The position numbers were made by a program, and so were the translations under genes. 64,000 nucleotides of DNA from NCBI GenBank assembly GCA_022511065.1, contig JAFLSG010000001.1, forward strand, positions 63,801 to 127,800, written 5' to 3'. Under the pieces are notes generated by a model that saw only the letters and a list, made by a program, of their open reading frames with translations, had not been told where the DNA came from and made no database searches. The stretch is from Prevotella sp. (GTDB taxonomy: Bacteria; Bacteroidota; Bacteroidia; Bacteroidales; Bacteroidaceae). This document shows positions 49,249 to 58,950 of this stretch, one piece after another; position 1 is the first letter of the stretch; the number at the start of each line of letters is the position of its first letter.

Positions 49249-50782
49249 CTGTCAGTATTTGGTAAATCCGTTGCATATCCACGTGGCGGCGCACGTGGTC
49301 AGCAAGCTTATCGTATTGCGTTTCCTTAAACGCTTGGTAGTTAAACGTGTCGCGGCGCTCCTTAATCTTGTCGGCAAACGGTTGCAGGAGATAATCCACA
49401 AACTCGCTGTTGTCGAGAATGCCGTGGATATATGTGCCCATACATTTGTTGTTGGCAAGATATCCGTCCTCACGCCCATCATCAAGCAGCGCAAGAGGGG
49501 AGGGCTTTGCATCGCCTAAAGGTCGCGTCTCACCCATGTGAATCTCATAGCCTTTCATACCGCCCAGCCTTGCTGATAGCATAGGGCACGCAAACCTCAC
49601 CTGCCTTGTCACCTTCTCTCCGCTGATGACTGTGCTTGTCGGCAAAAGCGATAACCCCGGCAAGCGCTCGATACTACCCTCCTTATGCTCCGGGTCGCAC
49701 ACTTCCACGCCCATCATCTGGTAACCGCCACAGATGCCGAGTATCGTCCTGCCCTCACGATGGGCGCGCACGATAGCCTGCGCCATCCCACTACGGCGCA
49801 ATTCGTAGAGATCGTGAAGCGTGGATTTCGAGCCGGGCAGGATGATGATGTCCGCCTTTAGGATATCCTCTGCGCTGTTCGTATAGAGCAGATGCACCCG
49901 GGAATCTTGTTCAAGCGCGTCAAAGTCCGTGAAGTTAGAGAGATGGCGCAACAAGACAACAGCCACATTCACCTTGCCGATTTCAGCCATCATGGATTTC
50001 TGTGCCAATCCCAAGTTGTCCTCTTCTTCGATATGGATGTCGCGATAATAGGGAATCACGCCCAGCACGGGCACCCCGCAGATATCTTCAAGCATCTGCC
50101 TGCCCTCGTCAAAGAGCCTTATGTCTCCCCGAAACTTATTGATGATGATACCCTTAATCCGTTTCCTGTCTTCATCATCCTGCAAGGCGATGCTACCATA
50201 TACGGAGGCGAAGATACCCCCGCGGTCGATGTCACCCACGAGTATCACGTCAGCATCGGCATGGCGCGCCATCGGCATATTCACGAGGTCGGTATCTTTC
50301 AGGTTGATTTCCGAGATGCTTCCCGCCCCCTCCATCACAATCGGATTATAGCGCGCGGCAAGGCGATGGAAGGCTGCGGTCACTTCCTCCCTGAAATGAT
50401 ACTTGGCATTGCCTCCCTTGTCGCGGCAGCGCCAGAAGTCATAAGCATCGCGGTTGCCTATGGGCTTGCCGTTGAGGATTACCTGACTTGTCTGGTCTGA
50501 CACGGGTTTCAGCAGCAAGGGATTCATATCCGTGTGGCAGGGCACGCCAGCAGCCTCGGCTTGCACGGCTTGCGCCCGCCCAATCTCAAATCCCTCTGGC
50601 GTGGCGTATGAGTTGAGTGCCATATTCTGCGCCTTGAAGGGAGCGGGCTGATAACCATCTTGCCTGAATATGCGGCAAAAAGCCGCCGCAATGACGCTCT
50701 TACCCACATCGCTGCCCGTACCCGCAAACATTACGGGGTGCAATCTGGGTTTCTTTGGGTGCGTATTGCCGGCCTTTTTCAT
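49241..50782 (-). CDS. cobQ: cobyric acid synthase
   Basis: 513 aa. P-loop-like GTGSDVGKS and a C-terminal GATase (ICGGYQMMG). Confidence 0.95.
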   Translation of the reverse strand: MKKAGNTHPKKPRLHPVMFAGTGSDVGKSVIAAAFCRIFRQDGYQPAPFKAQNMALNSYATPEGFEIGRAQAVQAEAAGVPCHTDMNPLLLKPVSDQTSQVILNGKPIGNRDAYDFWRCRDKGGNAKYHFREEVTAAFHRLAARYNPIVMEGAGSISEINLKDTDLVNMPMARHADADVILVGDIDRGGIFASVYGSIALQDDEDRKRIKGIIINKFRGDIRLFDEGRQMLEDICGVPVLGVIPYYRDIHIEEEDNLGLAQKSMMAEIGKVNVAVVLLRHLSNFTDFDALEQDSRVHLLYTNSAEDILKADIIILPGSKSTLHDLYELRRSGMAQAIVRAHREGRTILGICGGYQMMGVEVCDPEHKEGSIERLPGLSLLPTSTVISGEKVTRQVRFACPMLSARLGGMKGYEIHMGETRPLGDAKPSPLALLDDGREDGYLANNKCMGTYIHGILDNSEFVDYLLQPFADKIKERRDTFNYQAFKETQYDKLADHVRRHVDMQRIYQILTDE

Positions 50783-50833
50783 CTATCTTCCTAATCAGGG
50801 CGTTTATCTTCTTCTCTCAATATCGTGTGCCGC

Positions 50834-53098
50834 CTACAAATTGATGGAGGCAGAAAGTTGCTTGGCGCTGACGGTCAGGGTAGCCTTCCCCTTCGGGCTG
50901 TTGTGGCGGATTACTGCCAATGCACGGCCTTTCCAAGCATGGTGGGTCGCGTCAAAATACGGCTCCTCACTCTTGATGTCCGCATTGCCTGCCCCTAATA
51001 GCGTGCCGTTGCCACGAACATTGAAAGTAAGTTCATCGTCAGCCTCGGGCACGAGATTACCTTGTGCATCGACAATCTCAACGGTCACAAACGTGAGTTC
51101 ACGACTCTTACCGCTTTCAGCCGTGAGCCTGATAGCGGCGGGCTTGCCTGCCGTCTGCAAGGTAACAGACTCCCCACCGGCTTCCGCACGAAGCGTACCG
51201 GGAGTATAGGGCAGGGTAAACAATGCCATCATCTTCTCAGTAGGCTGCTCGGCAATGAGTTGGTCGTTCAGATACAACTTGACAGACGGCAGAGGACTAT
51301 AAACCTCCACGGTGATTTCCTTGCCTTCCCAACCTTCCCAAGTCCAGCTTTCAAACGTTGGGTGCGTGCCCCAGAGGGTGGTCTTAATGCTCCCGTGATA
51401 CCCCTCCGGCTCACGGACAGCCATATAGATTTGCTCAACAGGCATTTTATTCGCATAAGATGCCTTGTTATCATCATAAGATGCCATCTTATCAGCGTCA
51501 GCAGGCTTGCTGTTCCAGAGGATGGAGCGATAGTGACTGACAGGCTTGCGCAGACCCGTCAGATCCACGTCACCGCAATAGGCAGCGTGCCACGGATAGA
51601 GCGGACGCTCCCAATGCTCGCCCGGAGCATCCCCCTCGTAATACCACCGCCCGATGCCCGACTCGCCAAGATAGTCAAGCCCCGTCCACACAAAGTCGCC
51701 AATCACGTAAGGGAGCCGCGTCGTGCGCTCATAGTTCTCCCAAGTATCACGCGCATAGGATTCCGTCTGCATCATCACCCGATTGGGCACGCGCTCGTGG
51801 TCGCTCTCAGCCTTGCGCATCATATAGTTGTAGCCTACGATATCGTGCTCGGCGGCAAGCGGGTCATAGATGTCCCAGTCGGCATCCCACGCGGCGAGGG
51901 CGGAGGTTACGGGGCGGTCGTCGAGCGTCTTGATGTATTGTATCATCTTGTGGGCGGTCTTGATGACCTCTATTTTCTTGCGCTCAATCACCTCGTTGCC
52001 GATAGACCAGCAGAAGATGCTCGGATGATTGCGGTCGCGGCACACCATCGCCTGCAGGTCATGCTGCCACCACTCGTCAATCAGCGTGGAATAGTCGTGG
52101 TCGTTCTTTGCATCGCGCCAGCCGTCGAAAGCCTCGTCAATCACCAGCAGACCCAATTCGTCGCACGCATTCAGAAACGCCTCTGAGGGCGGATTATGTG
52201 AGGTGCGCACGGCATTGAAGCCTGCCTCTTTCATCAGCCGAGCCTTGCGATACTCGGCATCATCGTAGGCTGCCACGCCAATGATACCGTTGTCGTGATG
52301 CAGGCACGCGCCGTTGAGATTCAAGGGCTTACCGTTCAGCAACAAACCCTTTTCCGCAGAATATTCTATCGTGCGGATGCCGTAGGTAACGGGAATCTTG
52401 TCGCCTTCAGCCTCAATCTCCGTATGGTAGAGATAAGGATTATCGGGCGACCACAACTGGGGATTGTCAATGTGGATTGTGCGCTGAATGGGTTCATTCG
52501 TGCCGTCTTCACGGACAAGCATCGCATTCAGTTCAACGGTGTGCGTATCGGGAGTTCTCACCTGGACGCTCCAGTCATCAATGTATGTCTTGCCTGTGGT
52601 CACCATCCATACGTTGCGATAGATGCCGCTCCCCGCATACCATCGGCAGTTCTTTTGCCGTGAATTATCCACGCTTACCGTCACCTCGTTCTTGCCAAAA
52701 TGGAGGTAAGGCGTGGCATCCACCCAGAAGGATGAGTATCCGTAGGGCCATCCGCCGGCAAGATGACCGTTCACATAGACCTTTGAATCCATATACACGC
52801 CCTCGAAGTAGAGCCTGATTTTCTTGTCCTGATATTCCTTGCCGAGTGTCAGCACGCGGCGATACCATCCCTTGCCAGTCGGCAGGTATCCGCCATCGTT
52901 TCCTGCCGGGGTGGCGGCATCGAATCTTTGCAGGATGCTCCAGTCGTGAGGCAGGGTTACAGGCTGTGCCTTCGTGAAATCACTATCGTTCAAAACGAAC
53001 TGCCAGCCGTCGTTCAGCAGCTGTTTACGGGCGGCTTCTTTTGCCCCTATTGCCGTGGTCAGCAGCACCATAAAGCAGAGGATAATACCTTTTTTCAT
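50834..53098 (-). CDS. glycoside hydrolase family 2 (beta-galactosidase-like)
   Basis: Signal peptide. NAVRTSHNPPS and WSIGNEV catalytic motifs. Confidence 0.9.
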   Translation of the reverse strand: MKKGIILCFMVLLTTAIGAKEAARKQLLNDGWQFVLNDSDFTKAQPVTLPHDWSILQRFDAATPAGNDGGYLPTGKGWYRRVLTLGKEYQDKKIRLYFEGVYMDSKVYVNGHLAGGWPYGYSSFWVDATPYLHFGKNEVTVSVDNSRQKNCRWYAGSGIYRNVWMVTTGKTYIDDWSVQVRTPDTHTVELNAMLVREDGTNEPIQRTIHIDNPQLWSPDNPYLYHTEIEAEGDKIPVTYGIRTIEYSAEKGLLLNGKPLNLNGACLHHDNGIIGVAAYDDAEYRKARLMKEAGFNAVRTSHNPPSEAFLNACDELGLLVIDEAFDGWRDAKNDHDYSTLIDEWWQHDLQAMVCRDRNHPSIFCWSIGNEVIERKKIEVIKTAHKMIQYIKTLDDRPVTSALAAWDADWDIYDPLAAEHDIVGYNYMMRKAESDHERVPNRVMMQTESYARDTWENYERTTRLPYVIGDFVWTGLDYLGESGIGRWYYEGDAPGEHWERPLYPWHAAYCGDVDLTGLRKPVSHYRSILWNSKPADADKMASYDDNKASYANKMPVEQIYMAVREPEGYHGSIKTTLWGTHPTFESWTWEGWEGKEITVEVYSPLPSVKLYLNDQLIAEQPTEKMMALFTLPYTPGTLRAEAGGESVTLQTAGKPAAIRLTAESGKSRELTFVTVEIVDAQGNLVPEADDELTFNVRGNGTLLGAGNADIKSEEPYFDATHHAWKGRALAVIRHNSPKGKATLTVSAKQLSASINL
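51430..51492 (-). repeat. three family-1 21-nt units in frame inside GH2 (array E)
   Basis: tcgcataagatgccttgttat and catcataagatgccatcttat. 51476-51492 has perfect arms ATAAGATG-C-CATCTTAT. Translated as DKMASYD DNKASYA NKMPVEQ. Confidence 0.75.
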
Positions 53099-53196
53099 AA
53101 AAATTCAATTTTTAGTTATTTTTGCAAAGGTAGGCAGTTTCCTATAATTCTCCAACTTTTGCACCCATTTATTTCAAACATTATAGGATTTTTTCT

Positions 53197-53204
53197 TATC
53201 TTTG
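53197..53204 (+). promoter_or_regulatory. -7 box (TATCTTTG) for the ABC ATPase-cobD-cobS-cbiB operon
   Basis: TAnnTTTG 12 nt upstream of the ATG at 53216. Confidence 0.5.
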
Positions 53205-53215
53205 CACCAAGAAAT

Positions 53216-54004
53216 ATGCGAGAGGAAACCATACAGCTCCAGCATCTCAGTATCGGCTACCGGGTGAAACACGGCATAAAGACGGTGGCTGCCGGCATCA
53301 ATGGCACCATTTATAGTGGCGAACTGACTTGTCTGTTAGGGCCTAACGGCGCAGGGAAATCCACCCTGCTGCGCACACTCTCCGCTTTTCTGCCGAAGAT
53401 TGGCGGGGAAATCGTGATAGAAGGCCGTGAGCTTGCCACTTATTCCGACAAGGAAATGAGTAGGAAGATTGGTGTGGTGCTGACGGAAAAGCCTGATGTA
53501 AGGAATATGACCGTGCGCGAACTCGTCAGTCTCGGGCGCTCTCCATACACGGGTTTCTGGGGCACATACTCGAAAGAGGATCTCAGAATCGTGGATGAGG
53601 CTATCAGCAGCGTGGGCATTTCGGCTTTGGCAGGGCGGATGGTACACACGTTAAGCGATGGTGAGCGGCAGAAGATGATGATAGCGAAAGCGTTGGCGCA
53701 GCAGACGCCGGTCATCTATCTCGACGAGCCTACTGCATTTCTCGACTACCCCAGCAAGGTGGAGGTGATGCAATTGCTGCGCCGCATCAGCCGAGAGGCG
53801 GGGAAGACTGTGTTTCTATCCACGCACGATGTGGAACTGGCATTGCAACTTGCCGACAGGATTTGGCTGATGGAACAGGGGGGAGCGTTGGCGATAGGCA
53901 CTCCGCAGGCATTGGCGGAGCAGGGGGCGTTGGGGCGCTTCATCGAGCGGAAAGGGATTACTTTCGATAGCGAGACATTGGCAATTAAGATTATCCGACA
54001 ATAA
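53216..54004 (+). CDS. ABC transporter ATP-binding protein (FecE/BtuD type)
   Basis: Walker A GPNGAGKST, signature LSDGERQ, Walker B IYLDEP. The start is set at ATG 53216, downstream of the promoter box. Confidence 0.9.
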   Translation: MREETIQLQHLSIGYRVKHGIKTVAAGINGTIYSGELTCLLGPNGAGKSTLLRTLSAFLPKIGGEIVIEGRELATYSDKEMSRKIGVVLTEKPDVRNMTVRELVSLGRSPYTGFWGTYSKEDLRIVDEAISSVGISALAGRMVHTLSDGERQKMMIAKALAQQTPVIYLDEPTAFLDYPSKVEVMQLLRRISREAGKTVFLSTHDVELALQLADRIWLMEQGGALAIGTPQALAEQGALGRFIERKGITFDSETLAIKIIRQ

Positions 54005-54028
54005 TAACATATAATAACAGAGATACCT

Positions 54029-55063
54029 ATGATTAACGGACATGGTGATGACGCATTCCGCTACGGCGGGAAAATCAAGATGGACTTCAGCACAAACGTC
54101 TATGGCAGGGCTGACCTTTCCGGGCTGAAGGCGCACTTGATGGAGCATTTCGATGTGGTGGCCCACTATCCAGAGCCTGAGCCTCGTGCGCTTGAAGAAC
54201 AGTTGGCGGCGAAGTTAGGCATTCAGAAGAATGCGGTGATGGTGACGAGTGGTGCCAACGAGGCCATCTATCTCATCGCACAGCTATATCGTGGCTGGGC
54301 TTCCGTGATTCCAGAGCCTACTTACAGCGAGTATATGGATGCGTGCAAGGCGCATGGGCACGTCATCTCCCACGATTCCAACGACGACTTGGAAGTGTTG
54401 CCCGACGATCGTATCTACTGGCTCTGCAATCCCAACAACCCTACGGGCAATGTGATGCTGAAAGCCCTGTTGGTGCATATCGTGCGCAAGCATCCCCGTT
54501 ATCTCTATGTCATCGACCAGTCATACGCCGACTATACGCTTAGTGCGATGATTAAGCCTGCCGAGGTGAGCGATTGCTATAACCTGATGCTGATTCACTC
54601 GCTTTCCAAAAAATACTGTATCCCTGGTCTGCGGCTTGGTTATATCACGGCCTCTCCGATAATCATCGACCGCCTGCGCCAGATTCGTCAGCCGTGGGCG
54701 GTGAATGCGCTTGCGATAGAGGCGGGCAAATATCTCATCGAGAACGACCCGCAGATGATTCCCGACCTGACGGAATATCTCACGGAAGCTCGTCGTCTGC
54801 ACAAGAAGTTGGCAGAGACGGAAGGGCTGATGGTGATGGACAGCGCCACGAACTTTATGCTCGTGCATATTGACGAGGGCGATACCAAGGAGATGAAGGA
54901 GTGGCTGATTGAGCGCTACGGCATCCTGATTCGTGATGCATCTAATTTCCGTGGGCTTGACAATCATTGTTTCCGTGTCACCGCGCAAACGCCAGAGGAG
55001 AATGATGCGCTTGTTGATGCGGTGGTGGAGTATCGGAAGTGGAGACTTAATAATAAGGTGTAA
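54029..55063 (+). CDS. cobD: threonine-phosphate decarboxylase / class I-II aminotransferase (cobalamin biosynthesis)
   Basis: NPNNPTGN, SLSKKYCIPGLRLGY. Lies in the cobalamin operon. Confidence 0.85.
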   Translation: MINGHGDDAFRYGGKIKMDFSTNVYGRADLSGLKAHLMEHFDVVAHYPEPEPRALEEQLAAKLGIQKNAVMVTSGANEAIYLIAQLYRGWASVIPEPTYSEYMDACKAHGHVISHDSNDDLEVLPDDRIYWLCNPNNPTGNVMLKALLVHIVRKHPRYLYVIDQSYADYTLSAMIKPAEVSDCYNLMLIHSLSKKYCIPGLRLGYITASPIIIDRLRQIRQPWAVNALAIEAGKYLIENDPQMIPDLTEYLTEARRLHKKLAETEGLMVMDSATNFMLVHIDEGDTKEMKEWLIERYGILIRDASNFRGLDNHCFRVTAQTPEENDALVDAVVEYRKWRLNNKV

Positions 55064-55839
55064 TGGAAGTAAACATCGACCAGACCCGTTGGTACGACCG
55101 CATCTGGGCATCTTTCATCTTCTTCACCCGCCTGCCGTTCTGGCGGCTCCGCCAACCGTCAAAGGCTTGCTATGCGACGGTTGTAGAGCATTGGCCGCTG
55201 GTGGGATGGCTCACGGGTGGCGCAATGGCTGCCACGCTTTATTTCGGCAGTCGTGTGATGCCGTGGGAAATCGCCGTGCTTGCTGCCATCATCCTGCGGC
55301 TGCTCATCACGGGGGCGCTGCATGAAGACGGGCTTGCCGACTTCATCGACGGCTTTGGCGGAGGCAACACAAGGCAGCGCATCCTTGACATCATGAAGGA
55401 TTCCCGCATCGGGACATACGGTGTCCTTGGTCTTATGCTCTATTTGGCATTGCTGTTCTTTTCCCTTCGTGCGCTCTCGCCGGAGATGGCTGCGTTGGCA
55501 GTATTGGCTGCTGACCCGTATTCCAAGATGATGGCGAGTCAGTTGGTCACGATGATGCCCTACGCACGCAACGAGAATGAGGCGAAATCGGGCATCGTCT
55601 ATCGCAAGATTTCGATGTTTTCAGGCGTGAGCCTTGCCGTGCAGGGCTTGCTTCCGATGGGTTTGCTCATCTGGCTGACGGGCATAGCGTGGGAAACCAT
55701 CATCTTTATCCCCGCCCTTGTGATGTATTTCCTCTATCTGCTTATCTGGCGAAAGATTCACGGTTACACGGGCGATTGTTGCGGAGCCGTCTGCCTGTTG
55801 GTTGAATTGGCGGTCTATCTGACTTTGGTAGTAGGCTGA
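55063..55839 (+). CDS. cobS: adenosylcobinamide-GDP ribazoletransferase (cobalamin synthase)
   Basis: Polytopic. HEDGLADFIDG motif. TAATG coupling to cobD. Confidence 0.9.
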   Translation: MEVNIDQTRWYDRIWASFIFFTRLPFWRLRQPSKACYATVVEHWPLVGWLTGGAMAATLYFGSRVMPWEIAVLAAIILRLLITGALHEDGLADFIDGFGGGNTRQRILDIMKDSRIGTYGVLGLMLYLALLFFSLRALSPEMAALAVLAADPYSKMMASQLVTMMPYARNENEAKSGIVYRKISMFSGVSLAVQGLLPMGLLIWLTGIAWETIIFIPALVMYFLYLLIWRKIHGYTGDCCGAVCLLVELAVYLTLVVG

Positions 55840-56798
55840 TGGGCGCACTTTCTTTGTCAGTGAGCGCAGTGGCTGTATTGATTGGTTGGTTGCTTGATTT
55901 GCTGTTGGGCGATCCTCGTTGGTTGCCACATCCTGTTGTCGGCTTTGGCCACATGATTTCCTTTGTCGAGCATCGGCTGAATAAGGGTTGCCATCGGCGA
56001 CTGAAAGGGGCGCTTCTCGCCGTCTTTCTGATAGCCTTCGTCTTTTTCCTTACTTGTCTTATTCGTCATGCGCTGTCTCTTCTGCCGTGGGGAACTTCCG
56101 TTTGGATGCTCCTTTTCGATGCTGTCATCGTGTTTTATTGTTTGGCGGGAACGACACTTGTTCGCGAAGTGCGCGATGTATTCCTTGCGCTCGACCGCTC
56201 TCTTGAAGAGGGGCAGCGGCAGGTGGCACGCATTGTAGGCAGAGACACCTCTGAACTCTCTGCGCAAGAGGTGCGCACCGCTGCTTTGGAGACATTGGCG
56301 GAAAATCTCAGCGACGGCGTGATTGCCCCGCTTTTCTGGCTTGCCCTGTTGGGTACGCCGGGCATGTTGGCTTACAAGATGGTGAACACACTCGACTCCA
56401 TGATAGGCTATCGTATTGTGCGCTATCGCGATTTCGGTTGCGTGGCTGCTCGTATTGACGATATGGCGAACTACATCCCGGCGCGGCTCACCGCCTTATT
56501 GATGGTCGTGGCGGGGATGATGACCGCCGGCAGCCGCCTGTCGGTCTTTCGTTTCGTGTGGAAATACGGCCGTTGCCATGCCAGTCCCAACAGCGGTTGG
56601 CCCGAAGCCGCCCTTGCCGGGGTGCTCGATTGTCGCTTCGGAGGTGCGCATTATTACTTTGGGGAACTTTTTGACAAGCCTTATATCGGGGAGCATCACC
56701 GCGAACTGACCACAGCCGATATGCAGACGGCAGTGCGAATCAATCGGACGGCGGAAGTTTTGATGCTGCTGCTGGTTCTGCTTAGAAGTATTTGGTGA
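55839..56798 (+). CDS. cbiB: adenosylcobinamide-phosphate synthase
   Basis: LLGDPRWLPHPV N-terminus and SPNSGWPEAA motif. Confidence 0.9.
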   Translation: MGALSLSVSAVAVLIGWLLDLLLGDPRWLPHPVVGFGHMISFVEHRLNKGCHRRLKGALLAVFLIAFVFFLTCLIRHALSLLPWGTSVWMLLFDAVIVFYCLAGTTLVREVRDVFLALDRSLEEGQRQVARIVGRDTSELSAQEVRTAALETLAENLSDGVIAPLFWLALLGTPGMLAYKMVNTLDSMIGYRIVRYRDFGCVAARIDDMANYIPARLTALLMVVAGMMTAGSRLSVFRFVWKYGRCHASPNSGWPEAALAGVLDCRFGGAHYYFGELFDKPYIGEHHRELTTADMQTAVRINRTAEVLMLLLVLLRSIW

Positions 56799-57825
56799 TG
56801 TGGGCATCATCGAAGTTACCCATCTCATTGACCATGCGGACGGCGGAGTCAATGAGCGGATAGGCACAGAGTGCGCCGGTGCCCTCCCCTAAACGAAGCC
56901 CGAGGGCGAGCAGGGGGCGGGCATCAAGCAGGTCGAGCATCCGCCGATGACCGCCTTCATCGCCGCAATGCGTAAAGACCATATAGTCGCGGGCGGCAGG
57001 GTAGAGGCGCACGGCAGCGAGCGCACACGCCGTCATGATGAAGCCGTCTATTAATATAATAAGGTGTCTTTCGGCAGCGCGGAGCATCGCTCCGATGGCG
57101 GCAACCATCTCGAATCCGCCGAAATGCGCAATGATGTCAGCAACTTGGTGGCGGTCGTGCGGTAGTGCTTCCACGGCTTTCCGAAGCACTTCCCGCTTGT
57201 GGCGGATGCCTGCGTCATTAAGTCCTGCGCCCGCCCCGATGCACTCATCAAGGGGAATGCCCCCGAAAAGGCTCATCCAGATGCTCGATGGTGAGGTGTT
57301 TCCAATGCCCATCTCGCCGATGCTCACCACGTTGCAGCCTTCGTCGATGCAATCATCCACAAGCGCCGCACCTATATTCATGGCTTGCTGAAACGCTTCC
57401 CCATCCATTGCCGGCTCGTGAAGAAAGTTCTTGGTGCCAAGGGCAATCTTGCGGTCGATGATGCCGGGAACACTCGACAAGTCGTAATCCACGCCCACAT
57501 CCACGATTTTGAGGCTGATGCCGTGCTGCCTGCAAAACAGATTCACCCCGCCACCGCCTTTTGTAAAGTTAATCATCTGCTGCCACGTCACTTCGCGCGG
57601 GCTTACGCTGACCCCTTCGCGCTCAATGCCGTGGTCGCCGCCAAGCAGCAAGTGGCACGGATGCGAGAGCCGCGGCGTGAGTGTCTGCTGAATCAGGCAT
57701 ATCTGCATAGCCACCTCTTCAAGCATACCCAACGAGCCTTTCGGCTTGTTCAGGTTGTCAATCTTCTGCTGAACGGCGTGCCTCATCGCCTCATCCACGG
57801 GTCTTATGTCGAATGTCCTCATCAT
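56782..57825 (-). CDS. cobT: nicotinate-nucleotide--dimethylbenzimidazole phosphoribosyltransferase
   Basis: KPKGSLGMLEE, EMGIGNTS. Confidence 0.95.
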   Translation of the reverse strand: MMRTFDIRPVDEAMRHAVQQKIDNLNKPKGSLGMLEEVAMQICLIQQTLTPRLSHPCHLLLGGDHGIEREGVSVSPREVTWQQMINFTKGGGGVNLFCRQHGISLKIVDVGVDYDLSSVPGIIDRKIALGTKNFLHEPAMDGEAFQQAMNIGAALVDDCIDEGCNVVSIGEMGIGNTSPSSIWMSLFGGIPLDECIGAGAGLNDAGIRHKREVLRKAVEALPHDRHQVADIIAHFGGFEMVAAIGAMLRAAERHLIILIDGFIMTACALAAVRLYPAARDYMVFTHCGDEGGHRRMLDLLDARPLLALGLRLGEGTGALCAYPLIDSAVRMVNEMGNFDDAHITKYF

Positions 57826-58328
57826 TTTATCTTTACGGGAATGCCGCTAACCATCAGAATCACCTCGTCCGCCTGTCGCGCGATGTATTGGTTCATCCAC
57901 CCTTCAAGGTCGGTAAACCGCCTTTGCACGGCACTTTCGCTCACACCGCCGCTGCCTATCTCGTTGGTTACGAAGATAAACGTGGCATCCTGCGCCGTGA
58001 ATCGGTCGAACTCCGCCTTTGCCGCCTCAAGCGAGGCATCCACATCCGATGTCTCCGTGAAGAAGTTCGTCAGCCAGAGCGTCACGCAGTCTATCAGCAC
58101 CACGCGCCCACTCACGTCGTGTCTGCTCAAAAACTTCTCCTCTTCGATGTTCGTCCATTGTTCGCCGCGCCGTGCCTGATGCCTGCGCACGCGCTCGCGG
58201 AACTCATCATCCCAGATGTGAGCCGTCGCCATATAGACAGGATTTACTGACAGCGAGAGTGCCATCTCTTCCGCCCGTCTGCTCTTTCCCGAGCGCTGCC
58301 CGCCGGTTATCAGTATGATTCGTTTCAA
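57822..58328 (-). CDS. cobU: bifunctional adenosylcobinamide kinase / cobinamide-phosphate guanylyltransferase
   Basis: P-loop GGQRSGKS at the extreme N-terminus. The start codon is TTG (caa at 58326-58328). Confidence 0.9.
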   Translation of the reverse strand: MKRIILITGGQRSGKSRRAEEMALSLSVNPVYMATAHIWDDEFRERVRRHQARRGEQWTNIEEEKFLSRHDVSGRVVLIDCVTLWLTNFFTETSDVDASLEAAKAEFDRFTAQDATFIFVTNEIGSGGVSESAVQRRFTDLEGWMNQYIARQADEVILMVSGIPVKIK

Positions 58329-58351
58329 GTCGCTTTTCGGTTATTGGAGGG

Positions 58352-58359
58352 CAAAGGTA
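58352..58359 (-). promoter_or_regulatory. -7 box (TACCTTTG) for cobU-cobT
   Basis: Reverse complement of caaaggta, 24 nt upstream of the start at 58328. Confidence 0.5.
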
Positions 58360-58408
58360 GTTTTTTTCGTTCAAATCACCAAATATAGATAATGATAAAT
58401 GTGTGTAT

Positions 58409-58471
58409 CGGATGGCTGATTATTTGGTGAAGATGCCGTCTTGTCATCGTAAGATGGCGGTGTGTGATGTG
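58409..58471. repeat. degenerate family-1 21-nt units (array G)
   Basis: aagatgccgtcttgtcatcgt (58430-50) and aagatggcggtgtgtgatgtg (58451-71). Confidence 0.55.
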
Positions 58472-58480
58472 GACAGGGGT

Positions 58481-58554
58481 TGAATTCAATGCGTTTGAAG
58501 CCTCCAAACGCATTGAATTCAGCCTCCAAACAAGTCGTTTGAAGCCTCCAAACG
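58481..58554. repeat. REP-like GCCTCCAAAC hairpin cluster, locus 3
   Basis: Three copies of (c)gtttgaagcctccaaac(g). 39/40 identical to locus 1 over 40 nt. Confidence 0.7.
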
Positions 58555-58600
58555 AAAAACATGTATCTTGATGCTCTGAGTATTCTGCCGAAATACTCCC

Positions 58601-58663
58601 TGTATTCAGCCTATATACATGTTGTATATGCCCAGAATACTGGGTGTATATAGGCTGAATACA
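58601..58663. repeat. perfect 18-bp inverted repeat with nested hairpin
   Basis: tgtattcagcctatatac (58601-18) pairs with gtatataggctgaataca (58646-63). The loop contains cccagaatactggg. Confidence 0.7.
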
Positions 58664-58752
58664 ATGCAGATATATCCGGCAAAGTCTATACCATAACCAC
58701 CGAAACTTTTTGAAATCATTGGAAAAAGTTTCTTTATTTCTCCGAAAATGCG

Positions 58753-58760
58753 TATCTTTG
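58753..58760 (+). promoter_or_regulatory. -7 box (TATCTTTG) driving the riboswitch transcript
   Basis: gcgtatctttgc immediately upstream of the riboswitch. Confidence 0.55.
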
Positions 58761-58761
58761 C

Positions 58762-58950
58762 AGCCGCGATACCGCAAGAGGTGTCGCCCGTGAAGGTTCG
58801 CTTAGCCGCGATTAAATGGGAATGTGAGTGTGAATCTCCGACTGTCCCGCAGCTGTGAACTCCTTTATGTCGCTCAAGCAACAAACCATTGCCCGTTTGG
58901 ACGAGAAGGCGCTTGAGGGTGGAGGAAAGTCAGAAGACCTGCCTTTATCG
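58762..58950 (+). promoter_or_regulatory. cobalamin (B12) riboswitch
   Basis: AAAUGGGAAUGUGAGUGUGAAUCUCCGACUGUCCCGCAGCUGUGA core, CCAUUGCCC...GAGAAGGCG, and the B12 box AGUCAGAAGACCUGCC at 58928-58943. Confidence 0.85.

Noticed and set aside
52928-53215. N-terminal 96 codons of the listed ABC ATPase ORF
   Set aside because: This part overlaps the 5' end of the GH2 gene on the other strand and the intergenic promoter. The -7 box at 53197 places the real start at ATG 53216 (MREETIQL...).
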